Below are positions 11,289 to 23,209 of a stretch of 64,000 nt of DNA, one piece after another. Below the pieces are notes generated by a model. It did no database searches. It worked only from the letters and a program-made list of their open reading frames with translations, and was not told where the DNA came from. Origin of the DNA: Macrostomum lignano. Taxonomy: Eukaryota. The position numbers and the translations under genes are program-made. Positions within the stretch are counted from its first letter, which is position 1; every line of letters starts with the position of its first letter. The stretch is taken from positions 124,001 to 188,000 of the forward strand of contig NIVC01000215.1 in NCBI GenBank assembly GCA_002269645.1, written 5' to 3'.

Positions 11289-13889
11289 CCCAGTGAAAAA
11301 AATGATATGGATTCCATGTGGATTTTTCATATGAAATCCATATGTGCATTTGTCTCCGTCCATCCATGTGGAATCAAGATATGGATTCCACATGGAAGAT
11401 CCATATGGAAGTAATTATGTATTTCACATAGAATCCACATTGTCATTGAGTAAGCAGCCATTATACTGGTTGCCATAATAAATTGTTGCATCCTAAATCT
11501 CAAAATAATACCAGATCTCAAAATTTCATACGAACCCCAGATCTCAATAGGCCCTACCATATAAAAGAAACTGAAACACAGATAAAACACTAGCTATAGC
11601 CAAAAATATTTCTGCACAAAAATTCAAAATTCAATATTTAAAAACGATGTAAGGTGTATTTATGTACAGTAGTGAGTCATTGGCACACAAAGAATAAACA
11701 CACTGATGTAAATATTGATATCTTTAGAGTTGCACTGCGCATATGATATAATATATAATTTGAAATTGACATTGTCAATAGCATTAATTAATTAACAATA
11801 ATATAATGCATCAGAATTAGAACAGTCAGAAACATGCTGCTGCCAATTGCCAGAATGCTGCTTCTTCAGGTCAGGTGAGCAACCTTAGAAAAGAAAGGGT
11901 TTAAATTACAGAATTTTATAACAGATTGATGACAGATTTTATAATAGATTTTGATAGATTTTGATGACAGAAAAAAATCAGTTTATAACTAAAACTTACC
12001 ATTGCTTCACAAAAGGTAGCATTTGAGATATTAAATTCAAATTCCAAGTAGCTTTGCAAGCTTCTTCAAATGCAAGACCAAGGTGACATCCAAGTTTGAG
12101 GATGGGCCATGTAATGTTAGGCTGAAATAAAATAGAAAAATAATTGTTGCCAATTAAGATTGATAAATAATATTGATATAATTCATAAAACTAATTTATT
12201 GATGAATACTTATAAAAAAAGTTTATTTTAAAATTAACTAGGCCTAAGTCCTAGGTTTATTTTTTATGCGCAAAGTATGCATAGGCCTATGCACCCTAAA
12301 TTTTAAAATCCCACCTTGAAAATTGAAAATAAAAAGTGGATACAGTTTAGGTGCGATCTCATTACCTATTTTTTTGTTGAAGCCTTATTTGCACTGCCTT
12401 CATATAAGAAAAAAGAGAAACTGCATTCTAAGCCTTAAAATTATAAAACCCTGAAAGTAAGCATAGGGTATGATTTTGCACCTTGTCTCTAGCAAAAAAG
12501 AAAACTCTACCTAAGTCAATCAATAAAATTACCAATAAAATAATAAGTACAAAAAGAATTAATAAATGTTTCTATAAATTTAATTTTTTATTTTAAAATT
12601 GATTTTAGACTATAAAGTATTTAGGCAAAGCAATGCATGTTTTTTATATTTGCTAGCCTAGTATGATTAAACATTAGGCCTAAGCGGCCTAAGCCTAAAT
12701 AGCTATGCCTATGGCTATTAAATTCTGGTCTTGGCCTAAATCAGATCAAATTTACAATAATTTAATACTTATTTATAATAGCAACCTTAGGGGTCTGCTA
12801 GGCTAGCTATGCCAAAAGCAAGTTGCAAGTGTAATTGCAAAGAATTATTTATTATAATTAATAATATCCATATACTAAAAATGAAAATCTTGCTTGTTTG
12901 TATGCAATTGATTAGAGAAAAATTGTTTTTAAAAAATGCAACAAGTCCAAAAGATGCTAATAGGCTTTTTTGAAGAAAATCATAAATTAATAGATTTTTA
13001 ACAGATTAACTAGATTGACTAGTCACAATTCACAAAGTCAAGCTAGTCCTAACTTTAATTAAAATAGAAGGACCTAAATTTTAGGCTAAATTGATAGTTA
13101 TAGGCCTAGCTTAAAATAGGCCTAATGAGCATACATATAAATAGATAGGTAGGACTAAGAGGAAATTATGAACTTCTAAAGGCCTATTCAAGTTAAAAAA
13201 TGAGTAGCCAATCTATGGACATGGCCATGGGATTCCTAGAAATTGGATAAGCCTAAATAAATTTATCATGGACTTTACCAAAAGTATTAGGCCTATCTAT
13301 GATAAAATACTGATTTATCTAATTTCTAATCCCATGGAGGCCATGGCCTTATAAGTTATTGCCTATAGGCTAGGTCTACTAAAATTTTTAAGGTGCTTAA
13401 ATAGCCATAAACAAGGCAATTTATGTTTCAAGGCCTTGAACCAAGACATTGACGAATTTAAAATAAAATTAATTTCATTTTAAAAAGCACGAAACGTTTT
13501 TTATTGTTCACTTCTATTTTGTCTATTTTAACAAACAGTATCTTATTTTCTGATTATAATTTAGCTTTAAGATATTAATTTTTACTTAAAAGCATATAAA
13601 TATAATAATTTATTATAGTAATTTCATAAAAACGTCTGAATGTGGTGTATCACAGTTTTTTTATCGAAGTGGATTCCATGTTGAATCAATATACGCTTAT
13701 TTCTCTTGAATTCCTTGTAAAATCCACATCAACATTAGGACAGTAAAAATAAAAAAATAATGCATAAAAAATACTTTGCATACCATTATGTCATCTTTAA
13801 GTCATTAATTTGCAAAAATTAAAGAAACATTTAAATTCCACATGGCCACGTGGAACCCACGTGGAATCCATAAATCATTTTTCACTGGG
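11289..13889. mobile_element. Non-autonomous EnSpm/CACTA-type (CMC) DNA transposon, 2.6 kb
   Basis: TA|CCCAGTGAAAAAAATGATATGGATTCCA ... TGGAATCCATAAATCATTTTTCACTGGG|TA; subterminal ATGGATTCCA repeats; no transposase ORF; spliced remnant on - strand (exon 12121-12000 PNITWPILKLGCHLGLAFEEACKATW... joined to WLLT* at ~11883). Confidence 0.8.
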
Positions 13890-14601
13890 TATTTCTTCTT
13901 TTTTAAAATTCGAGGTTATTACTTTAGTTCAGTGAAACAACAAACATTAGAATTTTATTTTTAAGTGTTTGCAACGCTGTTATTTAAAAAATGCTATAAT
14001 AATAAATTGTTGGCTAGAAGTAGAATTTCATACTTGCTGACTTACTATATTCAAATCTAAAAAAACCTATCGGTACAGGTACAGGGGTACCACTAGGCCT
14101 ACCATATATCAGGCCATAACTCTCCTAACAGTACATGTCTCAGTATAAAATTCGGTTAACTGTTAAGAAAATAGACTGTTTATGGGATACATTTTACTGA
14201 GCTTTTTACCCTGCAGTCTATTAAGTAAACCACAGCCCACAGGTTGTCTACAGATTTAGCCACATGACATAGTAGGCCCAACGGCCAACGCGAGGGCGAG
14301 CCGGCGAGGCCCCCTAGCTGCCTGCCTACCTAGGCTAGACCTATCTATGTGTATAGTGTATACAGTATACTAGGCTTTTAGGCTTAGGCTTGGATCTCGA
14401 CTCTAGGACTAAGCTTAAGGTGGACTGTATAGTTTATTTTTTTGTTTTGCTTTTAACTGCAGGATTAATCTTTCATTTCCTCCAAATCTTCTGGTTCCTT
14501 TATATTAGGCCAATTTAGGGCCTACTATTTTACTAAATTGTTAATAAAAAAATATATATTATCAAGCATGCTATAATTAATAAATATAAAGATAAAGTAT
14601 A

Positions 14602-15499
14602 TGTAACAGGGGTGATTCTTCCTTCTTAGGCCTAATAATATCCCACTGTTGTTACCAAAAGCTGTCCCAGGCTCCTAATTATTATTTTGTTTAGCCTTAC
14701 TAGCTGCCACTAGGATTGTCAGAGGGCTAAACTTCCTACACTAATCTTTTAAGTTGGTAGCTGCCACCAGGATTATCCTATTAATAAATTATGAATTTAT
14801 CAATCTTAGAATAATCCGAGAAATGTTTCTTAGAATTGATCTGAGTATTTAGTCTGAGTATTTATCTGAGTATTTAGTCTGAGTATTTATCTGAGTATAT
14901 TGTTTTTAGAATATTATTTAGCCCTTACAATTGTTCTCATTCTCCTGTTATTCCAGTAGCGTTTACTATTGTTCTGGTAGCGTTTATTATTATTCTGGCC
15001 TGAGTGGTCTATTGGCTATACTGGTATATGTATTTCATGTACTTTGCAAGTCCTTGGGCATTACCAAGATCAGAGGGTCATAGCCTCCGGTTATTCTTAC
15101 ACGTATGACTTCAGATCTACTTCGTATTCTCTTACTACTCAATACTGCTGCTTCTCAATAGTATATACTGTATACGCTTCAGTCTATTTCACTCTTACTT
15201 CTTAAAAGGAATTAACACAGAAAACACCTCTTCAATTAGATTTTCTCGGAACTCTTATTATTAGCTATCAACTGTTTTATTATTGAACTGCAATGCGCGA
15301 GGTTGGTTCTCCCTCCACCGAAAACGCTTCTATTTATAGGGCCTACTAATTTTTACAATGATTTAAAACAAAAATTAATTTGCGTGAAATATTTTTGAAA
15401 ATACGAGTAGTAAAACAAAATATATTTCTTAGTTTTGGCATGAGTTTAATTTGGCTAACCGGTGACTATTTGATAAAGAAATCGGGAGGGGCCTTTACA
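14602..15499 (-). repeat. 3' LTR (898 bp)
   Basis: Matches 20067-21165 apart from ~18 substitutions, small indels and a shorter internal array. Confidence 0.95.
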
Positions 15500-15513
15500 A
15501 CCTGCCTCCCCTA
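15500..15513 (-). other. Polypurine tract
   Basis: - strand TAGGGGAGGCAGGT immediately precedes the 3' LTR. Confidence 0.8.
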
Positions 15514-15850
15514 AATAAAAAAAATTAAACAAGGTTACTACTATTAGTAAGCGAGTGAAAATGTTTGATCTGATGCAAGAAAAGGTGCAATAAAACAACT
15601 AAACAGTGAATAAAGAATTGAACTATGGAGTCATCACAATACATGAATACTAGGCACAAAGCTATGTAATAGAAAAATAAAGCACTATGTACGGCACAAA
15701 AAATAAGTAGGCAAAGAATAAAACACTAAATCATGTATAGACACTAAGTGAATAAAGCAGAAAGAAAACTAGTAAACTATTAGAGAATGACATAGAAAAA
15801 TACAACAGAGATGACTAAAAGCACGTCAGTAACATAATGAAAAAGCCTGC

Positions 15851-16832
15851 TTAGAACTTGCAAGGGTTCGGGAGATTGCGAAAATAGGGCCATCCTAGGA
15901 GGCCAAAAATCCAATGAAACTTAATGTTTAGTAGGCGTCGCTGAGTTACCTGCGAGTCAGCCCTCATAACGCGCTGGAGATCTTCAGCAATGTGCTGGAG
16001 AAGCGCCACTGCCTCAGTCGATGAGCAGAGTTCGCGCAGTGCTTTGATGGCGGCCCAAGCCTGCGAACGTTGTGGCAGAGCTTGATCCAGACGCAGGTGG
16101 CCGATGCGCTGCAAGTACTGCATCAGGCCGAAGCGAACCCTCTCGACCGGTTCGCCTGTCTCAAGGAGTCGCTGAGCCACCTCCTGGTAGCTTCCGGCGA
16201 GCTCTGGTCATGGCGGTCGTGGTGCAGCGGTGGCCTGCTGACGAGGGGCAGCCGCGGCAGCCTGCTGGCGAGGCGCAGCAGCGGCGGCAGCCTGCTGGCG
16301 AGGCTCAGCAGCGGCGGCAGCCTGCTGGCGAGGCGTAGCAGCGGCGGCAGCCTGCTGACGTCGTCCTGACGGTGGAGCATTTGCTGGAGGCTGAAGCTGA
16401 ACCGTCCGACGCTCGGGTGCAGCGCTGCCGGCTGCCGATCCTTGACTCGATCGAGGGTGCCGCGTAGACTCGCACAGGGGCAGCGGCAGCGGCCTGCAGG
16501 ATGGCAGCCCGCTTTGGCGGTGTCGGGCCATTCACCTGCAGTCGCTGGCTCAACGTTGGCGACGGTGGCCTCGGCCGCTTACTGGAGTCTCCTGGCAGTT
16601 TCGGTCGTGTAGAACAACGCAATGGTGCCTCAATCTCCGCTGATGCTGACGGTCTTTCTCGCGGACTTGACGCGCTCGGGGCTGGCGGAGTCGGCGGTCT
16701 TGGAGCTGGCGGCGGAGTCGGCGGTCTTGGAGCTGGGGCTGGCTGTCTTGGAGCTTCGTCTCCTGATAAGTCGCTATCCGACAGTGCTCCGCCCAGCAAT
16801 TCTTCTAAGATATTATCTACGTAATTGCTCAT
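15851..16832 (-). pseudogene. Extra ORF region (ORF3) of the LTR element, frame-disrupted, function unknown
   Basis: ATG at 16832 (MSNYVDNILEELLGG..., Pro-rich) and C-terminal segment 16180-15851 lie in different frames; 27- and 30-bp internal repeats; located between integrase and PPT. Confidence 0.5.
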
Positions 16833-16916
16833 AATTTTTACAATGAAATTCCTTACGTTCTAATAGAGAGCTAATTACTGTGAAGTATAGGGTTCTGAGA
16901 GCTCTATGGGGTTTCG

Positions 16917-17047
16917 TATTTATATGCGGCCAGCCGAAAAACTGGACCGCATCGTTGTGTTCGCGCTTTCGCTTTCGAGGGGTTTAATGGGGTCACGTGT
17001 CCGTCTACCATAGTGGCTTTCTAGCGTTCGCTTCGCGGGCTCATTGG
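16917..17047 (-). promoter_or_regulatory. Candidate internal promoter for ORF3 (CCAAT + TATA)
   Basis: - strand CCAAT at 17047-17043 and TATAAATA at 16924-16917, ~85 bp upstream of ATG 16832. Confidence 0.4.
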
Positions 17048-17274
17048 CTCAGAGCGGCGCACCGTTGCTAAGCGTTGCTAGGATTTTTACTGACTTCAGA
17101 TTTCTTCACACCATTCTCTCCTTTCTACTACTAGTAATACGCAATGTTTTTGTGTTTTTAATTTTTTAAACTTTTTATATTTTGTCAATTTTATTTTACA
17201 ACAGATTCATAGAGCAATTTTGATTTTTAAGCAAATCTATTTACAATTTAATAATTGGCATGATGAAATTTTTA

Positions 17275-18243
17275 TCATTTTAGATAATGGGCGTATCGCC
17301 TGCGGGGGGCGAATCCTGAGGTGACAACTCTCTCACTTCTTGGTCTCAGATTATAATGCGGCCTATGCTCAATCCTTTCGTCTTCATTTCTTTCTCTCCT
17401 ATCTAATTCTAATGCGTCATCTGTTTCGGCTGGCTCAGTTTTCTCACTACCTATTGACTCATCTTCTTGCTCAGATTCTTCTTCGTTTGGTTCTTCTATC
17501 TCATTCTGCTCAATCTCATCTTCATTCGGATCGATTGTTCTGGTTCTCCACTGGATTCTTTCGTCTTCGGAACTTTCGCTTAATACTTTGGCTGGCTCCA
17601 TCTGTTTTCCTGTCCGATTTGGCTGTCGCTGTTGCTTTGGCCCTCTCTGAATTTTCAGTTCCTTCTTTTTCTGCTTGTTAGTTGGCTTTTCTTTTGGTTC
17701 TGCTTCTTTGTTCTGTTCGTCCAGTAAGTCTATTTCTGAGTTAGGCACTGGGGTGAGATTGTTCCGATGCACGAGCATCTTCTCGCCACTTCTCACTCCG
17801 TCTATCTCTCTTTGCACTCGGAAGACTGTTTCAGAAATTTGCGCAAGTACCCTGAATGCTGCTCTTTTCTTGCGATGGAACTTGTGACTTTCCTCGCTAT
17901 GTAACTGCGGATTATTGATCAATGCGAGGCATCCAACCGGTACATGCTTCGGTGGTTTATTCTCAGCATTGTCTCCTTCTCGTCGGTCTCTCACTTTTTC
18001 TAACTTTTTCTGCACGATTTTCTGCGCTTCTTCAAGTCTTTCGGCATGACTCAGCACGTAGCTTGGATAGTCATAGTATAGCCTAGGTTTTCGGATAATG
18101 CTGTCTATCCTTAGGTCTGCTTCTCTACCGAATAGCAGGTAGTGCGGGGTGAACCCGGTAGTCTGGTTCACACTGGTACGCACAGCTACCAAAGCTGCGG
18201 GAATTACAGATCCCAATCGGAATGGTCTTTCTCTACTAGGCAC
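17275..18243 (-). pseudogene. Gypsy integrase C-terminal part plus acidic tail
   Basis: RTSVNQTTGFTPHYLLFGRE is the typical end of a Gypsy integrase core; N-terminal zinc finger and DDE core absent. Confidence 0.85.
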
Positions 18244-18321
18244 GTTACTAGACCATACTCTACTAGACTATATCCAGTGAGTCTTCGTTTACTGGAATAT
18301 GTCCTTTAGCCGTCTCGATCA

Positions 18322-19012
18322 TCATCGGCGTACCGTAGTTACTTCCGCCCTTTTGGCTAATTTGACTGGTATTCTTAAAGCACTATTAGCTGGCACAACT
18401 ACTTTGTCATGGCAGTATACTCGGCAAACTCGTACCGGCAACTTAGTAAACTGCATTGGGATACATTCTCCTGTTTTTAAAATCATCATTCCTTTATCAA
18501 AGCTCATACTCTCGCAAAATGAAGAAGTTCATGAAGAACTCCATTCCTAAAATATCATCGCATTCGTGATTGCACAGCAGGAAGTCGGTCTCAATCTCTA
18601 TCTCTCCGAACATTACTGTCACTGACACTTCTCCTTCGATCTGTACTCTTGCTCCATCGAAAGCGGTTACTCTCCGATCAGATGGCCTGATCTCCTGTTC
18701 TCTGCATACTCTTCTCCAATTACTCTTACTTAAGAAGTTGTGACCGGCTCCTGTGTCTAGTAAGAAACGGATGTTCTGCTTACGAATCTTTCCATCGATA
18801 ACTGCTTCTCTTCCTTTCTTCTCTGCGCTAGTAATAACTTCTTCATCTATACTTTCATTCATCTTGACGTACTCTTCTCTCGGGCTTGGAGTACTTTTCT
18901 TAGGTGAGCAAATAGGTGCACGCGTAGTATTTACATTCGGTACTGTATGTGCATTCGCATGTTTTTTGTTTGGTTTTCTGAACTTATTATAATCCTCGCA
19001 TGGCCTATACAT
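18322..19012 (-). pseudogene. Retroviral-type aspartic protease region, frameshifted
   Basis: FLLDTGAGHNFL and DDILGMEF motifs; continues in another frame at 18507-18322. Confidence 0.88.
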
Positions 19013-19116
19013 GTACTGATTGCTAACTTTGTACGCATTATTTACGAATTCAGAGGCCTGAATTTTGCTCTGGATTTCGCTGGAGGGACGTGGCCTCGTA
19101 ATTCGGCCCTCGCTTC

Positions 19117-19978
19117 TCAGTTTCCCTGATTATTCTGATGATTCGACATCTGCGGAACGTTCTGCTTGGCACTCCTGCACTGCTTTGCAAAGTGGCCAAT
19201 CTTCCCGCAGCTATAGCAAGTCTGCGGATGTTGTCTCGGCTGACCCTGGTTCGGGTGCTGCTGCCGCGCGAACATTTGCTGTCGCGCCTGCGCTCCATAC
19301 TGTGGCGGAACACATCTGCTGTTCGATCTCAAACTTCTGCTTTTTAATGATCTCTTCCAGCCTTTCCTGTTCAGCCCTCTTCTGTTCTTGCTCTTCCTCG
19401 TTCCTAGCCACTCTCATGCCTGAATTCCTGCGTGACATGTTCCAGGCTGCTTCCATTCTCCTCAACATCCTTCTGGCTTCCTGTAGATTAGTTTCCGGTG
19501 GAATTCTGACACCCTTGATGAATTGTTCCACGATCTCCTCTTCCCGCTGTTCCACAGTCATGTTCGGGAAGGCTCGCGAAGCTAGCTCAATTAAACAGTC
19601 GGTGTACGATTCTACCAACTCATTCCTGCCTTGCATTCGGCCTCTAAATTCTTCTCTAAACTCTGCTGAACTTCCGATTCTACCAAAGCGCTCTATAAGT
19701 CTCTCCTTAAACTCTTCGTACTCCAGATCATCTGGGAGGTTCAGACGCTGAACTGCTGCAAACGCAGTAGCCAGGTCGAGGTTCGCGAGAAGCTCTTGCT
19801 TCCGGTGATCTTCTTCAATTCCCTCAGCTTCACAGCGCTGGTCAAATGCAGTCAGCCAAATCCTAATATCTTGGCCAGGCGTGAATTTCTGGATTTTCAC
19901 ATGCCTTTGCGGCCCTAATTCTAATCTGTTTCGTAGTTCTTCAGCTAACATAGCGATTGCATCATTGGCATTAGCCAT
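19117..19978 (-). pseudogene. Gag with CCHC zinc knuckle, frameshifted
   Basis: KIQKFTPGQDIRIWLTAFDQRC...; CYSCGKIGHFAKQC in the shifted frame 19332-19117. Confidence 0.88.
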
Positions 19979-20043
19979 CTCTTTTCTTAATCTTAAAATT
20001 TCTTACTGATCTTAAATTGCCGGAGTTCTTCGCCATTTCTCTG

Positions 20044-20061
20044 ATCCCACCGCTGCCACCA
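20044..20061 (-). other. Primer binding site, tRNA-Leu type
   Basis: TGGTGGCAGCGGTGGGAT a few nt inside the 5' LTR; complementary to the tRNA-Leu 3' end (AUCCCACCGCUGCCACCA). Confidence 0.85.
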
Positions 20062-20066
20062 AAAGC

Positions 20067-21165
20067 TGTAACAGGGGTGATTCTTCCTTCTTAATAATAT
20101 CCCACTGTTGTTACCAAAAGCTGTCCCAGGGCTCCTAATTATTCTTTTGTTTAGCCTTACTAGCTGCCACCAGGATTGTCAGAGGGCTAAACTTCCTACA
20201 CTAATCTTTTAAGTTGGTAGCTGCCACCAGGATTATCCTATTAATAAATTATGAGTTTATCAATCTTAGAATAATCCGAGAAATGTTTCTTAGAATTGAT
20301 CTGAGTATTTAGTCTGAGTATTTATCTGAGTATTTAGTCTGAGTATTTATCTGAGTATTTAGTCTGAGTATTTATCTGAGTATTTAGTCTGAGTATTTAT
20401 CTGAGTATTTAGTCTGAGTATTTATCTGAGTATTTAGTCTGAGTATTTATCTGAGTATTTATCTGAGTATTTAGTCTGAGTATTTATCTGAGTATTTAGT
20501 CTGAGTATTTATCTGAGTATTTAGTCTGAGTATTTATCTGAGTATTTAGTCTGAGTATTTATCTGAGTATATTGTTCTTAGAATATTATTTAGCCCTTAC
20601 AATTGTTCTCGTTCTCCTGTTATTCCAGTAGCATTTACTATTGTTCTGGTAGCGTTTATTATTATTCTGGCCTGAGTGGTCTATTGGCTATACTGGTATA
20701 TGTATTTCATGTACTTTGCAAGTCCTTGGGTGTTACCGAGATCAGAGGGTCACAGCCTCCGGTTATTCTTACACGTATGACTTCAGATCTACTTCATATT
20801 CTCTTACTACTCAATACTGCTGCTTCTCAATAGTATATACTGTATACGCTTCAGTCTATTTCACTCTTACTTCTTAAAAGGAATTAACACAGAAAACACC
20901 TCTTCAATTAGATTTTCTTGGAACTCTTATTATTAGCTATCAACTGTTTTATTATTGAACTGCAATGCGCGAGGTTGGTTCTCCCTCCACCGAAAACGCT
21001 TCTATTTATACTAATTTTTACGATGATTTAAAACAAAAATTAATTTGCGTGAAATATTTTTGAAAATACGAGTAGTAAAACAAAATATATTTCTTAGTTT
21101 TTGCGTGAGTTTAATTTGGCTAACCGGTGACTAATTGATAAAGAAATCGGGAGAGGCCCTTTACA
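20067..21165 (-). repeat. 5' LTR (1,099 bp) with expanded 12/13-bp array
   Basis: CTGAGTATTTAT/CTGAGTATTTAGT array ~20298-20570, versus ~50 bp of array in the 3' LTR. Confidence 0.95.
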
Positions 21166-21994
21166 TATAAAAACTATAAATTTAAATCTATATAATATTT
21201 AAACATGCTGCTTGGCTCTTGCAGATATGTTAGTTAGGCAGCTTAGGCCTAGGCCAGGGCCAATATTATTGCTTTAGGCCCCTATAAATATAAGATTATA
21301 AGAATAGTCAACAGGGTATAGCTCTTAGGCCCTAGCTAGTCTTTGCATTTTTTAGATATTATTTATCAATATGCTCAAAACTCAAACAAAGTCAAAGCTA
21401 AATTGTGGCTATTATAAAACTTTAAATAAAAATTAATAAAGATAATCTAAACTTAAATTAGCTAATTTAGTTCTAAAATTTAAAATAAAATATAGAAAAA
21501 AACCAATTAATTATCATTATTATTAGATATATGCCTAATCTTTTTAGGGCCTATTAATAAATCATTAATATTTTAAACAAGTAGCTGCATCATTTTTAAT
21601 TGTAATACTATATAATATTAGTCTCAAAATTTGTTCTAACATTATAAAAGTAAGATTTTTTTCCCTAATGCTAGACCTAAAATTTCCCCAAGTAATTTGT
21701 TTCAATGTAAAACTTCTAACTTTGTTTAGTATAAACTTAAAGACAATTTCATTGAGCTCTTATTTCTTTACCTTAGATAGTCAAGTCACGTTGTGGCAAA
21801 TATCTCTATATATAGCCCAATTTTTTTCATCTTTGCTAACATTGCCTAAGCATAGTGGAGGAAACACCCATAAGGCATTGCATCTAGGAATGCCTCCATG
21901 AAAGAGTCATTAATCATTAAAATGAAAGAGCCATCACATAATCACCCATGAGTGTCTATGGCTGAAATTTTAGATACAGTTCTTACAACAATTA

Positions 21995-22961
21995 CTTATG
22001 CACAATTGCCTGCACAACAACTGCTTGCGCAACAACTGCTTGCATGACAACTGCTTGCATGACAACTGCCTGCAGTGACAACTGCCTGCATGACAACTGC
22101 CTGCATGACAACTGCCTGTAGTGACAACTGCCTGCATGAAAACTGCCTGCAGTGACAACTGCCTGCACAACAACTGCCTGCATGACAACTGCTTGCATGA
22201 CAATTGCCTGCATGACAACTGCCTGCAGTGACAACTGCCTGCATGACAACTGCCTGCATGACAACTGCCTGCATGACAACTGCCTGCAGTGACAACTGCC
22301 TGCATGACAACTGCCTGCATGAAAACTGCCTGCAGTGACAACTGCCTGCAGTGACAACTGCCTGCATGAAAACTGCCTGCAGTGACAATTGCCTGCACAA
22401 CAACTGCCTGCATGACAACTGCTTGCATGACAATTGCCTGCATGACAACTGCCTGCAGTGACAACTGCCTGCATGACAACTGCCTGCATGACAACTGCCT
22501 GCATGACAACTGCCTGCAGTGACAACTGCCTGCATGACAACTGCCTGCATGAAAACTGCCTGCAGTGACAACTGCCTGCATGAAAACTGCCTGCAGTGAC
22601 AACTGCCTGCATGACAACTGCCTGCATGAAAACTGCCTGCAGTGACAACTGCCTGCATGAAAACTGCCTGCAGTGACAACTGCCTGCAGTGACAATTGCC
22701 TGCATGACAACTGCCTGTAGTGACAACTGCCTGCATGAAAACTGCCTGCAGTGACAACTGCCTGCATGAAAACTGCCTGCAGTGACAATTGCCTGCACAA
22801 CAACTGCCTGCATGACAACTGCTTGCATGACAATTGCCTGCATGACAACTGCCTGCAGTGACAACTGCCTGCATGAAAACTGCCTGCAGTGACAACTGCC
22901 TGCATGAAAACTGCCTGCAGTGACAATTGCCTGCATGACAACTGCCTGTAGTGACAACTGC
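21995..22961. repeat. 15/16-bp minisatellite, ~60 copies
   Basis: Units GCATGACAACTGCCT / GCAGTGACAACTGCCT / GCATGAAAACTGCCT; dyad GCAGT-GACA-ACTGC. Confidence 0.96.
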
Positions 22962-23209
22962 AACTTACTTTTTGACCAAAAAATGCGACTTACCTATGAA
23001 AGAAACCCTAAACCAAATTCACGTAATTTTGGGTAAATGACAGGAGTAACTATAGATGTATTATTAAGGCTAAATGCCTTGTCATCTAATTAGTACTACG
23101 TTTGTATTGTTTCGGGTCGGCGTTATTTCGACTTTCCTTGGCCAGACTTACTGGGTGTTAAGCATGTATGCTAAAGTGTCTTATATAATGACAATTGCTG
23201 CCTGAACAG

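Larger units (their letters stand above)
14602..21165 (-). mobile_element. Ty3/Gypsy LTR retrotransposon, internally deleted (no RT/RNase H), 6.56 kb
   Basis: Two LTRs with TG...CA ends (14602-15499, 20067-21165), TATA TSD (14598-14601, 21166-21169), tRNA-Leu-type PBS, PPT, gag with CCHC knuckle, protease, integrase C-terminus. Confidence 0.95.

Noticed and set aside
15851-16832. env gene call for ORF3
   Set aside because: No signal peptide, furin site or clear transmembrane anchor; kept as unknown ORF.
21970-22963. Three ~300-aa Cys/Gln-rich ORFs (metallothionein- or keratin-like look)
   Set aside because: All three frames are open only because the 15/16-bp unit lacks stops on that strand; no unique coding flanks.
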